64,000 bases of DNA from Octopus bimaculoides. Taxonomy: Eukaryota. Where the stretch lies: positions 27,655,580 through 27,719,579 of the forward strand of contig NC_068987.1 in assembly GCF_001194135.2 (NCBI RefSeq). Direction: 5' to 3'. Position 1 is the first letter of the stretch. Each line of letters opens with the position of its first letter. Below the pieces are notes generated by a model, which saw only the letters and a list, made by a program, of their open reading frames with translations, had not been told where the DNA came from and made no database searches. Positions 26,451-38,331 of the stretch are shown one piece after another. A program made the translations under genes and the position numbers.

Positions 26451-27989
26451 ATGTCAATATCCTAACACTGCAAATTTCTAAATTATGTTACTTCATACAA
26501 AACAATATACCACGCAATGTTGTACATACATTTTCTTAATCTAGGAAGTAAGCTAGAACATACAGATCTTACAATTTTATTGTATTAAATACTATCTTTC
26601 AAAGAGGAAACACGATTTATTCTGAGAAAAATTCAATTCAATCAGAAACAGTGATTTACTTTCATAAATAGAATACGGGTTGACACAGGGAGAAAACAGT
26701 GAATAGCTTTCTTACGGGTGCGAATATGCATCATGCATAATTGCATTTCACCACTGTGTATTACATTTCAGCCTGCATCACAATTTGAAAAGTGAATATA
26801 CATAGACGTGGAGGACGAAGGAAATAGACTTTTAGTACTTATGTGTATGGTTGTTGTGTCTATGGGTATTAGTTTAATTTATTGATAAGCCAGGTGTATT
26901 CTCAAATATAATACAATATTAGACAATATTCCTTGGACAATTAAGTCCTAAATATGTTAGAAGATTACAATAGTACTTATTTTGTTCAATTAGTATGTAA
27001 ACCTTTCTGGATAAGGGCTAATATTGTCATTTACTCTCTATACGTTATCAGAATTCAATTCACATTTCCTCCACATTGACGGTGTGTCATATCTGTATCT
27101 TCCGCAATATACCTCTTACTTGATCGCAGTTTTTCCAGTTATGTTAACACCTGTTATACAATGTTATACCATAAGATCAGATGATATAATAACAATTTAT
27201 CCCAGTTAATACATGTATATACCTTTTATTTTCAGTTATTTATTAAATGTGACGCAATTAACATTACATCAATATATTTTGTCCATTATCAATATTAGAT
27301 ATTTTGATTGATTTTCTATGATTTATAGTAAAAGATTTATTAATATCTTCTGTCTCGGGTCTGTCGTACGAAAGATTTTGTATTGATCCATATAAAACAT
27401 AGAAAAAAGATATTTTTGAATGCTTTTACAGCAATTCAATTTAGCTTGCATCTTAAAATTCCGTTAATTAAAAGTGCAAAGATCCAATGTAAATTCAGTT
27501 TCGTTTTTATTTCTTTGCTGTATTTTATAAGAAAATAATTTTATATTGGCACTCTTAAAATATATATACTTCTGAAGATATATATCACAACGTAGAAGTC
27601 GTTCTTAAAGAGAATAACTTTAAACTCATAAATGACAGTAGAAAAAATTGCGTTTCTGCAGCATAGATAATCAATATAATATCCTGAAGTTTCAAAATGT
27701 TATGAATTAAATCGAAGTAATTTTAATATGTGTGGAAATGTACTTCATCATTATCATATGAAAATAAATCTATGAAGTTGGATAAATAAATCCATGAAGT
27801 TAACATTAGTTGATAATATTATGCGATTATATGCTCAACGAGAATATGTCAATTAGTTTATATTGCGTTATTGCATGTTCTATATAAATTCAATAATCGA
27901 GTTTGAACTCGCAACCAGGATTAAGTATGTACAGTAATTTTATTAGCATAACAAAAATAAACGTGTACGTTCTTTATATTTACTTTAGA

Positions 27990-28080
27990 ACTCAACGCAA
28001 CAATGACAAATTATTCTCGGACTGGGCAAGCTGGCGTAAATCCCTAATAAATGGCACATTTAGAAAATATAACAAAACGC
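27990..28080 (+). mobile_element. Possible RTE-clade LINE 3' remnant
   Basis: SDWASWRKSLINGT resembles the DRxxWRxxxxxG C-terminus of RTE ORFs. Confidence 0.25.
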
Positions 28081-29039
28081 CCAATTCGAGCTTACAACTG
28101 AAATAAAGTAGGGAGACGAAATAAAGAAAAAGGCTATATCTTATTAGCCTTCTCCGTAAAGGTTTTATCTTAAGATGATGCAACTCACAATTTTATACAT
28201 TAATGAATTTAAAAGGAAACCAATATTTATATTTACTGCCGCCCGCTTAAAAGTTCGAGAATTCAGGTTAGATGATCTCAACACTTAGTAGGCATTATCA
28301 TAGCAGACATTAGTGAAACCAGCATTGTGTATCGAAAATAAATGATATCAGCAAAACACACATCCGACTTTTACACCCATTCCGCTTTTTACAATGCTGT
28401 AGTAAGCTTGGATTTAAATCTTCACAAAAGTATTACATTGCGGATAGTAGGGGTGTCTTCTATTTTTTGCAAAATTGTAATAATAAGAAAGCGTGAGAGA
28501 AAGAGACTGAGAGAGAGTGTGTGATAGAGAGTGAGAGAGGGAGTGAGAGACGGCGAGAAAGACAGATAATAGAAAATGAATTTATATTAGTTGTACGGAT
28601 ACTATGATGCTCCTTATGTATATTCAGTAGCAGCAGCATTTCCACTGTTTGATTACACCCGTTAGCCAATAGCATTCGATGAGCTTTGCATTGCAAAGCG
28701 TTCTACAAGGTTTGACCTGAATCTTTTGTAGCTTTATACATACATCCATATATACATACATACATAAATATATATATATATATANNNNNNNNNNNNNNNN
28801 NNNNNNNNNNNNNNNNNNNNNNNNNNNNNNNNNNNNNNNNNNNNNNNNNNNNNNNNNNNNNNNNNNNNNNNNNNNNNNNNNNNNNNNNNNNNNNNNNNNN
28901 NNNNNNNNNNNNNNNNNNNNNNNNNNNNNNNNNNNNNNNNNNNNNNNNNNNNNNNNNNNNNNNNNNNNNNNNNNNNNNNNNNNNNNNNNNNNNNNNNNAA
29001 TGTTACAATATTTTCATACTCCTAAGTTAAAATTCTTTT

Positions 29040-29132
29040 CGGTGTTCGATAAATTAAGTACCAGTTGTGTACTGAGGTCGATCTAATCGACTGACCTCCT
29101 CCCAAAAGATTTCGGGCCTTGTGCTTAGAGCA
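29040..29132 (+). mobile_element. SINE family A, 3' half (5' part in gap)
   Basis: cgataaattaagtaccagttg...ttgtgcttagagcagaaaagaatatt. Confidence 0.85.
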
Positions 29133-29154
29133 GAAAAGAATATTTTCATACTCC

Positions 29155-29356
29155 TAAAGTGGAGAGCTGGCAGAGACGTCAGCACACCGGGCGAAATGCT
29201 TAGCGGTATTTCGTCTGTCTTTAAGTTTTGAGGTCAACTTTGACTTTCTTCCTTTCGGAGTCGATACATTAAGTACCAGTTGCGTACTGGGTCGATCTAT
29301 TCGACTGGCCCCCTCCCCAAAACTTTTGGGCTTTGTGCCTAGAGTAGAAAAGAATA
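29155..29356 (+). mobile_element. SINE family A, near full length, in tandem with the previous copy
   Basis: gagagctggcagagacgtcagc head and core. aatattttcata(c/t)tcc flanks it on both sides. Confidence 0.9.
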
Positions 29357-30243
29357 TTTTCATATTCCTTTGACAGTTTTCTATGAGAACACTGAATTAC
29401 AAACTCATAAGTACGTAAACCCGTATGACATTTCCAATTTCTTGCGTTTACAGGCTTCTTCATACGGCATAAAACTGTCATCTGAAAGATAGTGTAAACA
29501 AGACACCTAATGAATGACATAAAACTCAACTGGATAAATAAAATATTGCCCTCTCTTTTGCATTGTGTATTTGTCCACATATTCTATATTTAGTACTATA
29601 CGAGTCTGTGTGTCTCTGCGTATGCTTGTGTGTGTATATATAAATATATCATGTGGTAAGTCTTCCACAAGTAGAAAAGCACTCGATCAACTAAGAGAGT
29701 AATGATAGTATTATAATATAAAATGACAAACACTGTTAGATACAGCTATCTAGGGTTTCCTGGTCGAAATACTACTTTACTTCGCCGTTTTCCAAGCTGA
29801 AAACAAGACCTTTTGTCAGTTGTCTTATTAGCAGAAGATATTTGAACGAAAGGCATTGGTTACAAAAGTAATCCGTATATTCAGCTGAAAAATTATATCT
29901 CTTGAGGACCTCCAACGGATATATAAATTCCAGAAAAGAGATTTTTCAGTATATCCGCATTTTAAGAAATACATCTTGTCGAGATTATGAAGTAGACCAC
30001 AGGAAACTTAGTGGTCCATTAACATCCTATTTACATCAGTTTGCATCGAATAAGTGTAAAGTTGATTATCTCCCTTGTGTTTTTCTTCTTGTCTTCTTAC
30101 CAGCGTTTCCTGCTTAAAATAATCTGCTCAAAACAACTAATAAATATTCTTGTTCTGAATTTGAAAAATGGCGAAATAATCATTTGAACCAGAAAACTCT
30201 AGGTAGTTGTATTTAACAAGGTTTGTGGTTCTAATGATAACAT

Positions 30244-30287
<44 letters not shown>

Positions 30288-30624
30288 ATGGATTCAAAGA
30301 CAATCTTTTTTAAAATTACTACAATTACTTCGACATATGTTTGTACTCGTTGTACATCAGTGAGGCGATAAAATTAAAATGCGTAATTATTATCATCCAT
30401 CCAAGTGGAAAACGTGCTTCTTCACGTAACTGATATATATATATAGATGCCCTTCGTTAAGTTATACTGCAATTTTTCGCAATATGAAGTTAAGTAGGAA
30501 GTGTGTGTGTGTGTGTATATATATGTATATATAATCGGATGATAAATCTTATGGTATACACCGAGTAGCTTAACGGTAAAGCACTTTCACTTTCACAGTG
30601 TTTGTTAGGTATTTGATGAATGAG

Positions 30625-30790
30625 AGAGACGGAAGATGAAAGATACGAGAATGTTTATTAATCACTACAATTGTTTCAACCAGTCTAGCATCGATCGCTT
30701 ACGGATGGGATGCTTAGCAACTGGCTTATAAATATCCATCAGCGTAGTTGAGTCTTTTCAGGTGATTTCCATAAAGTTGTTTTTTGTTAA
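30625..30790 (-). mobile_element. Possible PLE pLTR-like fragment with degenerate hammerhead-like stem
   Basis: The minus strand has gccagt..agcatc..gatgct..actggttgaaac, a long stem followed by GAAAC, but the CUGANGA box is not intact. Confidence 0.3.
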
Positions 30791-32558
30791 TAAATATTAT
30801 TTGCATAATATTATAACTTTGGTTGTTTTGAATTCTCATTTTGTATAGTAAAGCTCTAAATCTAGAAATTCCTTATATCTGGTTGTAGCATCAAGGGACA
30901 ACACATTATGGAATTAGTTTTTGCCAATAGATAATCTTCAGGTGATTATCACGTAAAAATAAGGACTGTTCCGCAAGATATATTCTTGGTTTATGTATTA
31001 AAAAAATCAGTAAATAGTCTGATACAGCTTCATTTTAAAAGAAAATCAATAATAAATCACAGATCCGAAAAGAAACGAATACACGATATAGCGAAAAAGT
31101 ATTAAATATAATCGTTAACAGATTTAGCTGTATAAATGTCCTCACTTAGGTTGTATAATTCATGTACACTCGCTTGTACAAACATCCATGAAGAAGGAAG
31201 CATTAGCACAAGCATGGTTTGGTGCACATACGCTCAAACAGCGAATTAAATATCTCCTTAGTGTTTATAACAATGGGGAGGCTAGAGTTAAATTTAATCC
31301 ATTCATACCTTAAAGTAAATTATACGTATTAATTTGGTTAACAATTTGTGAAATGCATTCCCACTGCACTGTGCAAAAGTGCATTTATAATAATTTAAGC
31401 ATCTTGAGAGCCAGAAATTCTATTAGTGATCTTCCCATAGGTCCACAAAATAGACATGGATTCTTCGGTGCAGAAACTGCATCTTCTGGAAAGCATATTA
31501 TATGGTTGTGGGTGCCAATAATGCAGCGCACTTGCTGTATACATTGGTTGTAGTGTGCCTCAGTTTTATGATTAATTAATAATTTAAGCAGTTAATTATT
31601 GAAGAGTTCGCTGTAATTTTATCGTCACATGTCAGTGTACTTTCCGACTCAATACAAACAATTTACTTTCGTTTTTATTACCTTGTCAAGAGACATTTAT
31701 GTTGTCGGGCGAATTCTGGAACAGCAACAAAAAATAGATGCGACAGTTTGCTTCGATCTATTGGCAAGAACTAATCCAAAATGTGTTGTGCCTTGATGTT
31801 ACAACAATATATAAGAAATAGAGAAATTTAGAGATTTACTATACAAAACAAGAATTCAAAATAAGCAAAGATATAATATTATGTAAATAATATTCATTAG
31901 CAAAAAACAACTTTATGAAAAATATCTAATGAGCGTGCACAAACAACCTATAAATAATGCAAATCTAGGACGTATGCCTCAATAGAAGATCGTCACCGCA
32001 GCCTATTTAGGAAACTCGAACGCCATCTTATGTGAACGAGATTAGTATTTGATCTGTTAGTCAGTCAGTCAATCAGGGCATGTGTGTGTACATATGTATG
32101 TACGTAGGAACGTATGTATGTTTGTATGTATGTATGTATGTATGTATGTATGTATGTATGCATGCATATATGTATGTAAGAATATATTTCCTTTTAAGTT
32201 TTAACCAAAATGGAGCGGAACACTATTCCTCCATGTCATTTGCCTGAAAAACCGTTGAGATAAGAGGATATTTTGTATGTATACACACGCGTGCACACAC
32301 ATGCACACATACACATACCACACAAGCATGCACGCACCGACACACACATACACACTCGCACACATATATAGGGAGAGATGAACTAACAAATTAATGGATA
32401 AGTAGATAAATAGATGTATACATATATATCTATATATGTACATATGAATGGAATATGCGTGGGTGCATATGTATGTGAGTGTGTGGACATGTGTATAGCG
32501 TCAAATGTCTAATTTTAATGAAAAACACAGGAAATGACAACGGTGTATTCATTGCGAA

Positions 32559-33180
32559 ATGTATGGCTTATTAATACTGAGTTCCGTTCTAGCAACTTGG
32601 ACTTCACGCGACCATAATCGTCAGTTGAAAATTGCTACGTCTCAGTATATCTTTTCTCTTGCATTTATTGATGTGATTTGTTATTTTTATTTCACTTCAT
32701 TGCAAATTTTGAGCTGGTTTTATGGGTGTTGCCCATGGCCAATTGGTTTATATTTTCTTTCATAATGTTTCTTATGGGCGTGTTAACATTTTACGTCGCT
32801 AATAATGGTTGATTTTTTTTTCTTTTAAATCTAAATTTATTTATTGAAAGACAATTTGTAATCATCGAAAATGTTCAATATATTACACATGTGATTATGA
32901 AGTTCAGTAGAGTTTGTATTTTATTTACCAAAATATGATAGCGTTTTATTACAGTTCCTTGGACGTGGTGTTTTTTGCATTAGAATCACTTATTTACTGA
33001 TAGCACGAATCAATTTTCGATTTATGAGATTACATATATGAGATATTTGATTATTAAAATGAACGGTCATTTGAGGAAATTTCCATTGGATATACTCGTG
33101 GTGTTTATAATTAAAGTTACCTCATGTGTTCTGTTCATAGTTACACCGATCACTAAGTCTTGGAAAATGAGTAAACTATG
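32559..33180 (+). pseudogene. Probable decayed class A (rhodopsin-like) GPCR, TM1-TM5
   Basis: QLKIATSQYIFSLAFID (TM2 LxxxD pattern in register), WPIG (ECL1), then after a -1 shift FLLNLNLFIERQFVII (TM3 E/DRY-like), a TGA at the expected TM4 Trp position, and FPLDILVVF (TM5-like). Multiple stops. Confidence 0.45.
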
Positions 33181-34479
33181 ATTTGCTGAGTAGATCTGAT
33201 AAGGCTCAAACCTGCATTTTAAAACAAGAAGAAAATCCACTATCTTCTGCGTTATCTATATATTTTCCGAAGTTATTTCATTGAGTGACTCTTTACGAAG
33301 TATCTCCTTTGATTCTCGTTATGTTCGAATTACTCCCACTGGGGGTTTGGTGTACTAATTTCGAGGAAAAAATCTTTGTTAACTAAAATTTTTCTGACTC
33401 ACAATATTATGCATGGGAGTTCCTATTGTATAGGAAATATAAAATCGAGCGTATATTTCTAGAAATAATTAATGAAATAGCATGTTTCATACTGTAAAAT
33501 ATAAAATTCAAGTTTTTGTCGGAATGTCTTTTAAGCTTATCTAAAATATACATTTTCAGCTATATCGCTGAATTTTTCACAAATGTGAACTTCATAATCA
33601 TTGGAAGGTGTGTAGAGCGTGGAAATTATTATGGTTGTGCGGATCCATTATTTTCAATCTTGGAAACTGCAATTATCAATGAAAATATTCCACTGATTGA
33701 CGATTAAATTGTTCGATTTGATTGTTGCAAAAGATTCTTCAGTCAATTGTGAAAAATCATTCTTTCATTATAATTTAATGTAACTGAGTAACGTGTTCCA
33801 GTTCTAGAGTGTCAATACTTTAGAATCAAAGCTCCTTCAATATTTACATCAATATATTTAATACAAGTTTTTTGGAATTGTACGTTAGTATATATAATGT
33901 ATGCTTGATAGATATTATACCAGTTATTTTGATAGGTATTCATTTCATAATTTTATTGCATATAATTTGAATATAACATTTTTATGTTAAAGGTATGCAA
34001 AGTATTCAAAAGTTTGTAGACATATGTCGTCTCTATTTACTATATTGGAAAGTTGTTTGTTTGTTTTTTAAGGTGGTCTTCATTATTTTTCAAAAATCAG
34101 TTTCAGTATTTTCCAGAAATACGTCTTTCAACCTCAGAGTTATGGTCTCAATTGAAAATAGCAAAGGAGTGAATGCATATGCGAAAGAGAGAAAGAAAGT
34201 GACAGGGTGGAAGGGAAACAGAAAGAGGGTAAAATATACCTCGTTCAACATGTCGTTGTACGGCATGCGATAATATAGCACATTTTCAAAGAAAAATTGA
34301 GTTAGAGAATATATTTTCACTTCTACCAGCATACATTTTAAATAAACGCTAAATTAAATTATGGGCCACATATAATCAATGCAATATAATTAGCAGCTGT
34401 GAGAGAATGCAAGATATCTTACAAGTGCTATAATATTTCCATTTATTTTTATATTAGTACAGTACGGTATGAATACAGA

Positions 34480-34511
<32 letters not shown>

Positions 34512-34679
34512 CGTGCGAGTACATACAGACATACACACATATGTGTACACACATCAAGATACATACATATATATATTTATGCTTCGAAATAAGAGTTGTA
34601 AAGTATATGAAAATATACTTTGCATCGTACACGTATTATCTGATGTAAAATTCAATATTTAGGATACGTTCCATATTCT

Positions 34680-35055
34680 TTTACTTGTTTTAGTAATTCT
34701 GACTGCGGCTATGCTGGAGCACCGCCTTTAGTCGAACAAATCAACTCTTGGACTTATTGTTTGTAAGCCTAGTATTTATTCTATCGGCCTTTTCTCGAAC
34801 CGCCAATTTTCGGAGACGTAAACATAACATCGGTTGTCAAGCGAGGTTGGGGGTACAAACACACACACAAACGCGCGCGCACACACACACACACACGCAC
34901 ACAAACACACACACACACACACACACTTGTATATACGACGGGCTTCTTTCAGTTTCTGCCTACCAAATATACTCCGGCCGAGGCTATAGTAGAAGACACT
35001 GGCCCAAGGTGCCACGCAGTGGGACTGAATCCAGAACCATGCGGTTGGGAAGCAA
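34680..35055 (-). mobile_element. tRNA-derived SINE family B with internal (CA)n
   Basis: Shares cgacgggcttctttcagttt, gaggctatagtagaagacact and gactgcggctatgctggagcaccgcc blocks with the copies at 56925 and 63897. Confidence 0.88.
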
Positions 35056-35070
35056 GTTTATTACCATACA

Positions 35071-35195
35071 TTCTGGGTTCAGTCCTGCGCCGTGACGACT
35101 AGGTCCAGTGTCTTCTACTATAGCCTCGGGCCTGCGAAGGGCCTTTGAGTGGATTTTGCACAGAGAAACTGAAGAAGGCCCGTCGTTTATATATG
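35071..35195 (+). mobile_element. SINE family B fragment, inverted relative to the preceding copy
   Basis: 35105-35129 is the exact reverse complement of 34978-35002. Confidence 0.88.
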
Positions 35196-35609
35196 TACTG
35201 ATCGGTAATAGAAAATCCAACAAAAAAGTACTCAACCTGGTGAGAGACACAGATTATTTATTATCTATTTAAAGGTCACAACACATGTATTAAAGTACTA
35301 CAAATAGTTTCATATTTTGAAAAATCTCAAACATATTCTTCAGGCAGCATATAGAGAATGTAGACAGTAAACAATGGAAAACGAAAAATGGAAAACGAAA
35401 ACAGACACTAAAATTTAAAAAATAAAAAATAAAAAAGTAAAACAGCTGTCCTCATTAAACCTTAAATGATAAAGCTGGAAAGATATTGAGTCCGTTAGGA
35501 ATAGGCGGAATTTTCCAATTCTTCAAAATATATCTATATATATATGAATGCAACCTCTGAAAATTGCTGACCTAGAGAGTTAAGGATCTAAGATCTGATC
35601 CGGTCCAAT

Positions 35610-35830
35610 CTACATTTATTCGATCCATTTACATAATGTGTGGATTTCTCAATTACTTTCCATTTAATCACGTTTCATTATCTTTCAAAATTCATTCGTA
35701 ACTAGTCAACTTAGTAGCTTTATTTTTGTCCCTATGTCGGAAGGAGGCTATATGATTGGCATAGCGATTTTTAAATTCACCTTCACATAATCCAATATGG
35801 GTCTTTCTATCAGTCGCCATGATAGATCGT
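35610..35830 (-). mobile_element. Penelope-like GIY-YIG endonuclease C-terminal remnant
   Basis: THIGLCEGEFKNRYANHIASFRHRDKNKATKLTSYE(W)ILKDNET, then IKWKVIEK...GSNKCRL after a frameshift. Confidence 0.85.
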
Positions 35831-35884
35831 TGACCACGACATTTAAATTTTTTTCTCCTTGTGTTTCTGCTTGTTTTTCTCCTT

Positions 35885-36020
35885 ATTTCTTTCTGTTGAA
35901 GAGCGTAGCTCGAAACGTTCAAGACTTTCTCTATTCCCGAGCGTTAAACTAATACATCCTTTTGTTGTTTACACCACCTGTCCTCGTCTGTTGTTGTTTT
36001 TTTCGTAAATACTCCCATAT
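35885..36020 (+). mobile_element. PLE pLTR-like repeat with a minimal hammerhead-like motif
   Basis: tcttt CTGTTGA A GAGC gta GCTC GAAAC GTT caaga. The downstream part recurs at 56829-56910. Confidence 0.6.
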
Positions 36021-36026
36021 ATATAA

Positions 36027-36057
<31 letters not shown>

Positions 36058-36431
36058 AATGATATGGCTGGTTTTGAGCAATTTAACTACCAAAATGCAA
36101 AGTTATAGACGTCACTAAAATGACAGACAGTACTAAGCGGTACCACCGTTGCTAGATAATAAGAGTCAAAACAATTAAATAGCCACAGAACACCAACTTA
36201 ATGACTGACAATGGAGACAAGCTCCCTACAATAGCAGATATTGCCAGGTCACCGGAGATTTCGAATTTTGATGCAAGAGCAAATTAGTTCTCATCGGCGG
36301 CTAGGGTTAAACTGAACTCACCTTGTCAACATATAATATATTCGTTAAACTGATACGCTGATTTTTAAAAAGGGTAAAATTAAAAACTATAAATAATATG
36401 GGTGGCGCATTAGCAATTTAACAATTAAAAG

Positions 36432-36544
36432 CAGGGGTGCTTAAAATACTATTCGGATCTCCAAACTACCATTTTGTTGTGTGGACCCCGAAAAATCTCA
36501 TTTGGACCCTCAGGGGTCATATGGGCACCAGTTCAGAACCACTG
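36432..36544. mobile_element. Degenerate hAT-type MITE
   Basis: Ends CAGGGGTG... and ...GAACCACTG with internal gtggacccc/ggggtc. No clean 8-bp TSD. Confidence 0.4.
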
Positions 36545-36904
36545 CTTTAGATCATGATGCAGAGAAGTTGAAAGGTGGGATGTATGCAAGCAAGTATGTA
36601 TAAATATATTTATATGTGTGTATTTGTGAATGTATATGAATATATATGTGTACACATATGTATGCGTATGAGTTTAATTATATGCTGTATATTGAAACAG
36701 TGAGTGATATAAAAGAGAAAATATATTATTTGCCAATATACATATCATGAAAATTTGAAAATATATTTCATCGAATGATGTCACATTTAAAAGAAGTAAA
36801 GTATGAAAATGGACGACAAATGCAAACATATACGAAATTCACATTTGATATTTCCAGTACATACAGAGGCTAGTAGATAGAAACTACCCTCTGTTGAGTG
36901 TAAT

Positions 36905-37372
36905 GTTAGGGCAGCGAGTAAGCAGAATATTTAGCACACCAAGAAGAATGCTTAACGACATTTCATCCATCTTTCTGTGTTCAAATTCCGCTGAGCTCCC
37001 TTTCATTATTTTGGGGTCGTTGAAATAAGAAACGATTGAACACTAAAGCTGATGTAATCGATTTATCCCCCCCGCCCCCAAAAAAACTATATATATATAT
37101 ATATATATATATNNNNNNNNNNNNNNNNNNNNNNNNNNNNNNNNNNNNNNNNNNNNNNNNNNNNNNNNNNNNNNNNNNNNNNNNNNNNNNNNNNNNNNNN
37201 NNNNNNNNNNNNNNNNNNNNNNNNNNNNNNNNNNNNNNNNNNNNNNNNNNNNNNNNNNNNNNNNNNNNNNNNNNNNNNNNNNNNNNNNNNNNNNNNNNNN
37301 NNNNNNNNNNNNNNNNNNNNATATATATATATATACATATATACTGGCCTTGTGCCAAATTTGGAACAAATG
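36905..37372 (+). mobile_element. SINE family A, diverged, interrupted by (TA)n and a gap
   Basis: Head gggcagcgagtaagcagaa, gttcaaattccgc, and tail ggccttgtgccaaatttggaacaaa after the gap. Confidence 0.7.
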
Positions 37373-37789
37373 TTCTAAAATGCACAAATCTCACTACGTT
37401 TTAGTATACATGGGGACACATGAGTCACATTGCCGTGAATCAAACTGCGGTGGCCTTGTTGAAAAAATTAGGCTATACTTTAATTGGTAGCAATGATAGA
37501 AAAACATTAGTATTAATTTCCTTCGACGCGTGGCATTATGATTAGCATGGTGCAGTGGCACATGCCTAATTATCGGATGCACTCTCTGGGAGTTGATATA
37601 TAATGGGGTTCAAATAAATCGACTGTACTTTCTCTACAACACATTATCCATGCAAACATTATACGAAATTAAATATGATTGCGTGTTCTGCTCTAAAGTG
37701 TAGGAAAATGACCAGCAGACTAAATAGTGTTGTGTCATAAAGCAGGTTTATTGGTTCATCAGTAGTTCAAATGATTACATCTATCTCTT

Positions 37790-38085
37790 ACTGGCAGTGT
37801 GTCAGTTAAGGAGACGATTGTTTCGAATCATCTGATCAGCAGGACAACCTGCTTGCAAAATTAATATTCAAGTGGTTGAGCACTCCACAGACACGCCTAC
37901 TCTTAACTTAATTCTCAGGAGGATTCAGCATCACGCAGAATGTGATAAGTTTGGTCCTTTGAATTACAAGTGCAACTCATTTTTGCCAGTGGACTAGAGC
38001 AACGTGAAATAAAGGATATAACGAGACAACAGGAATGGAGTTCATGACCTTACAATCGTGAGATAAAACTTCTAACTAATCCGCA
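37790..38085 (-). mobile_element. Probable tRNA-derived SINE family C, diverged
   Basis: Degenerate A/B-box-like head at the right end on the minus strand. The family assignment is from recall of cephalopod repeats. Confidence 0.4.
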
Positions 38086-38331
38086 CACTTCTATCTTTTA
38101 ACATGCACACTCTTATACAACTCAAAACATACGCTTCGTTGTTTAAACTTATATACACTAAAAACATGATACAAGTAACAGTGAAACTAAAATATATGTA
38201 TATATGCGAAAGTTGACAAAGATGTGAAATACTTAGGAAAGGAAACTGCATTCATTCAATAGCAGTTACAATTATTTTAAGTGTCGGTGGTTTTCACAAT
38301 TGACAAAAAATAAATGGAGATTGAATATATA

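Noticed and set aside
3383-36357. Other isolated short exon-like sites (3383-3392 +, 26545-26547 +, 22741-22769 -, 36322-36357 -)
   Set aside because: Several such AG...GT pairs per strand are expected at this base composition, and none has supporting neighbours or a recognisable product.
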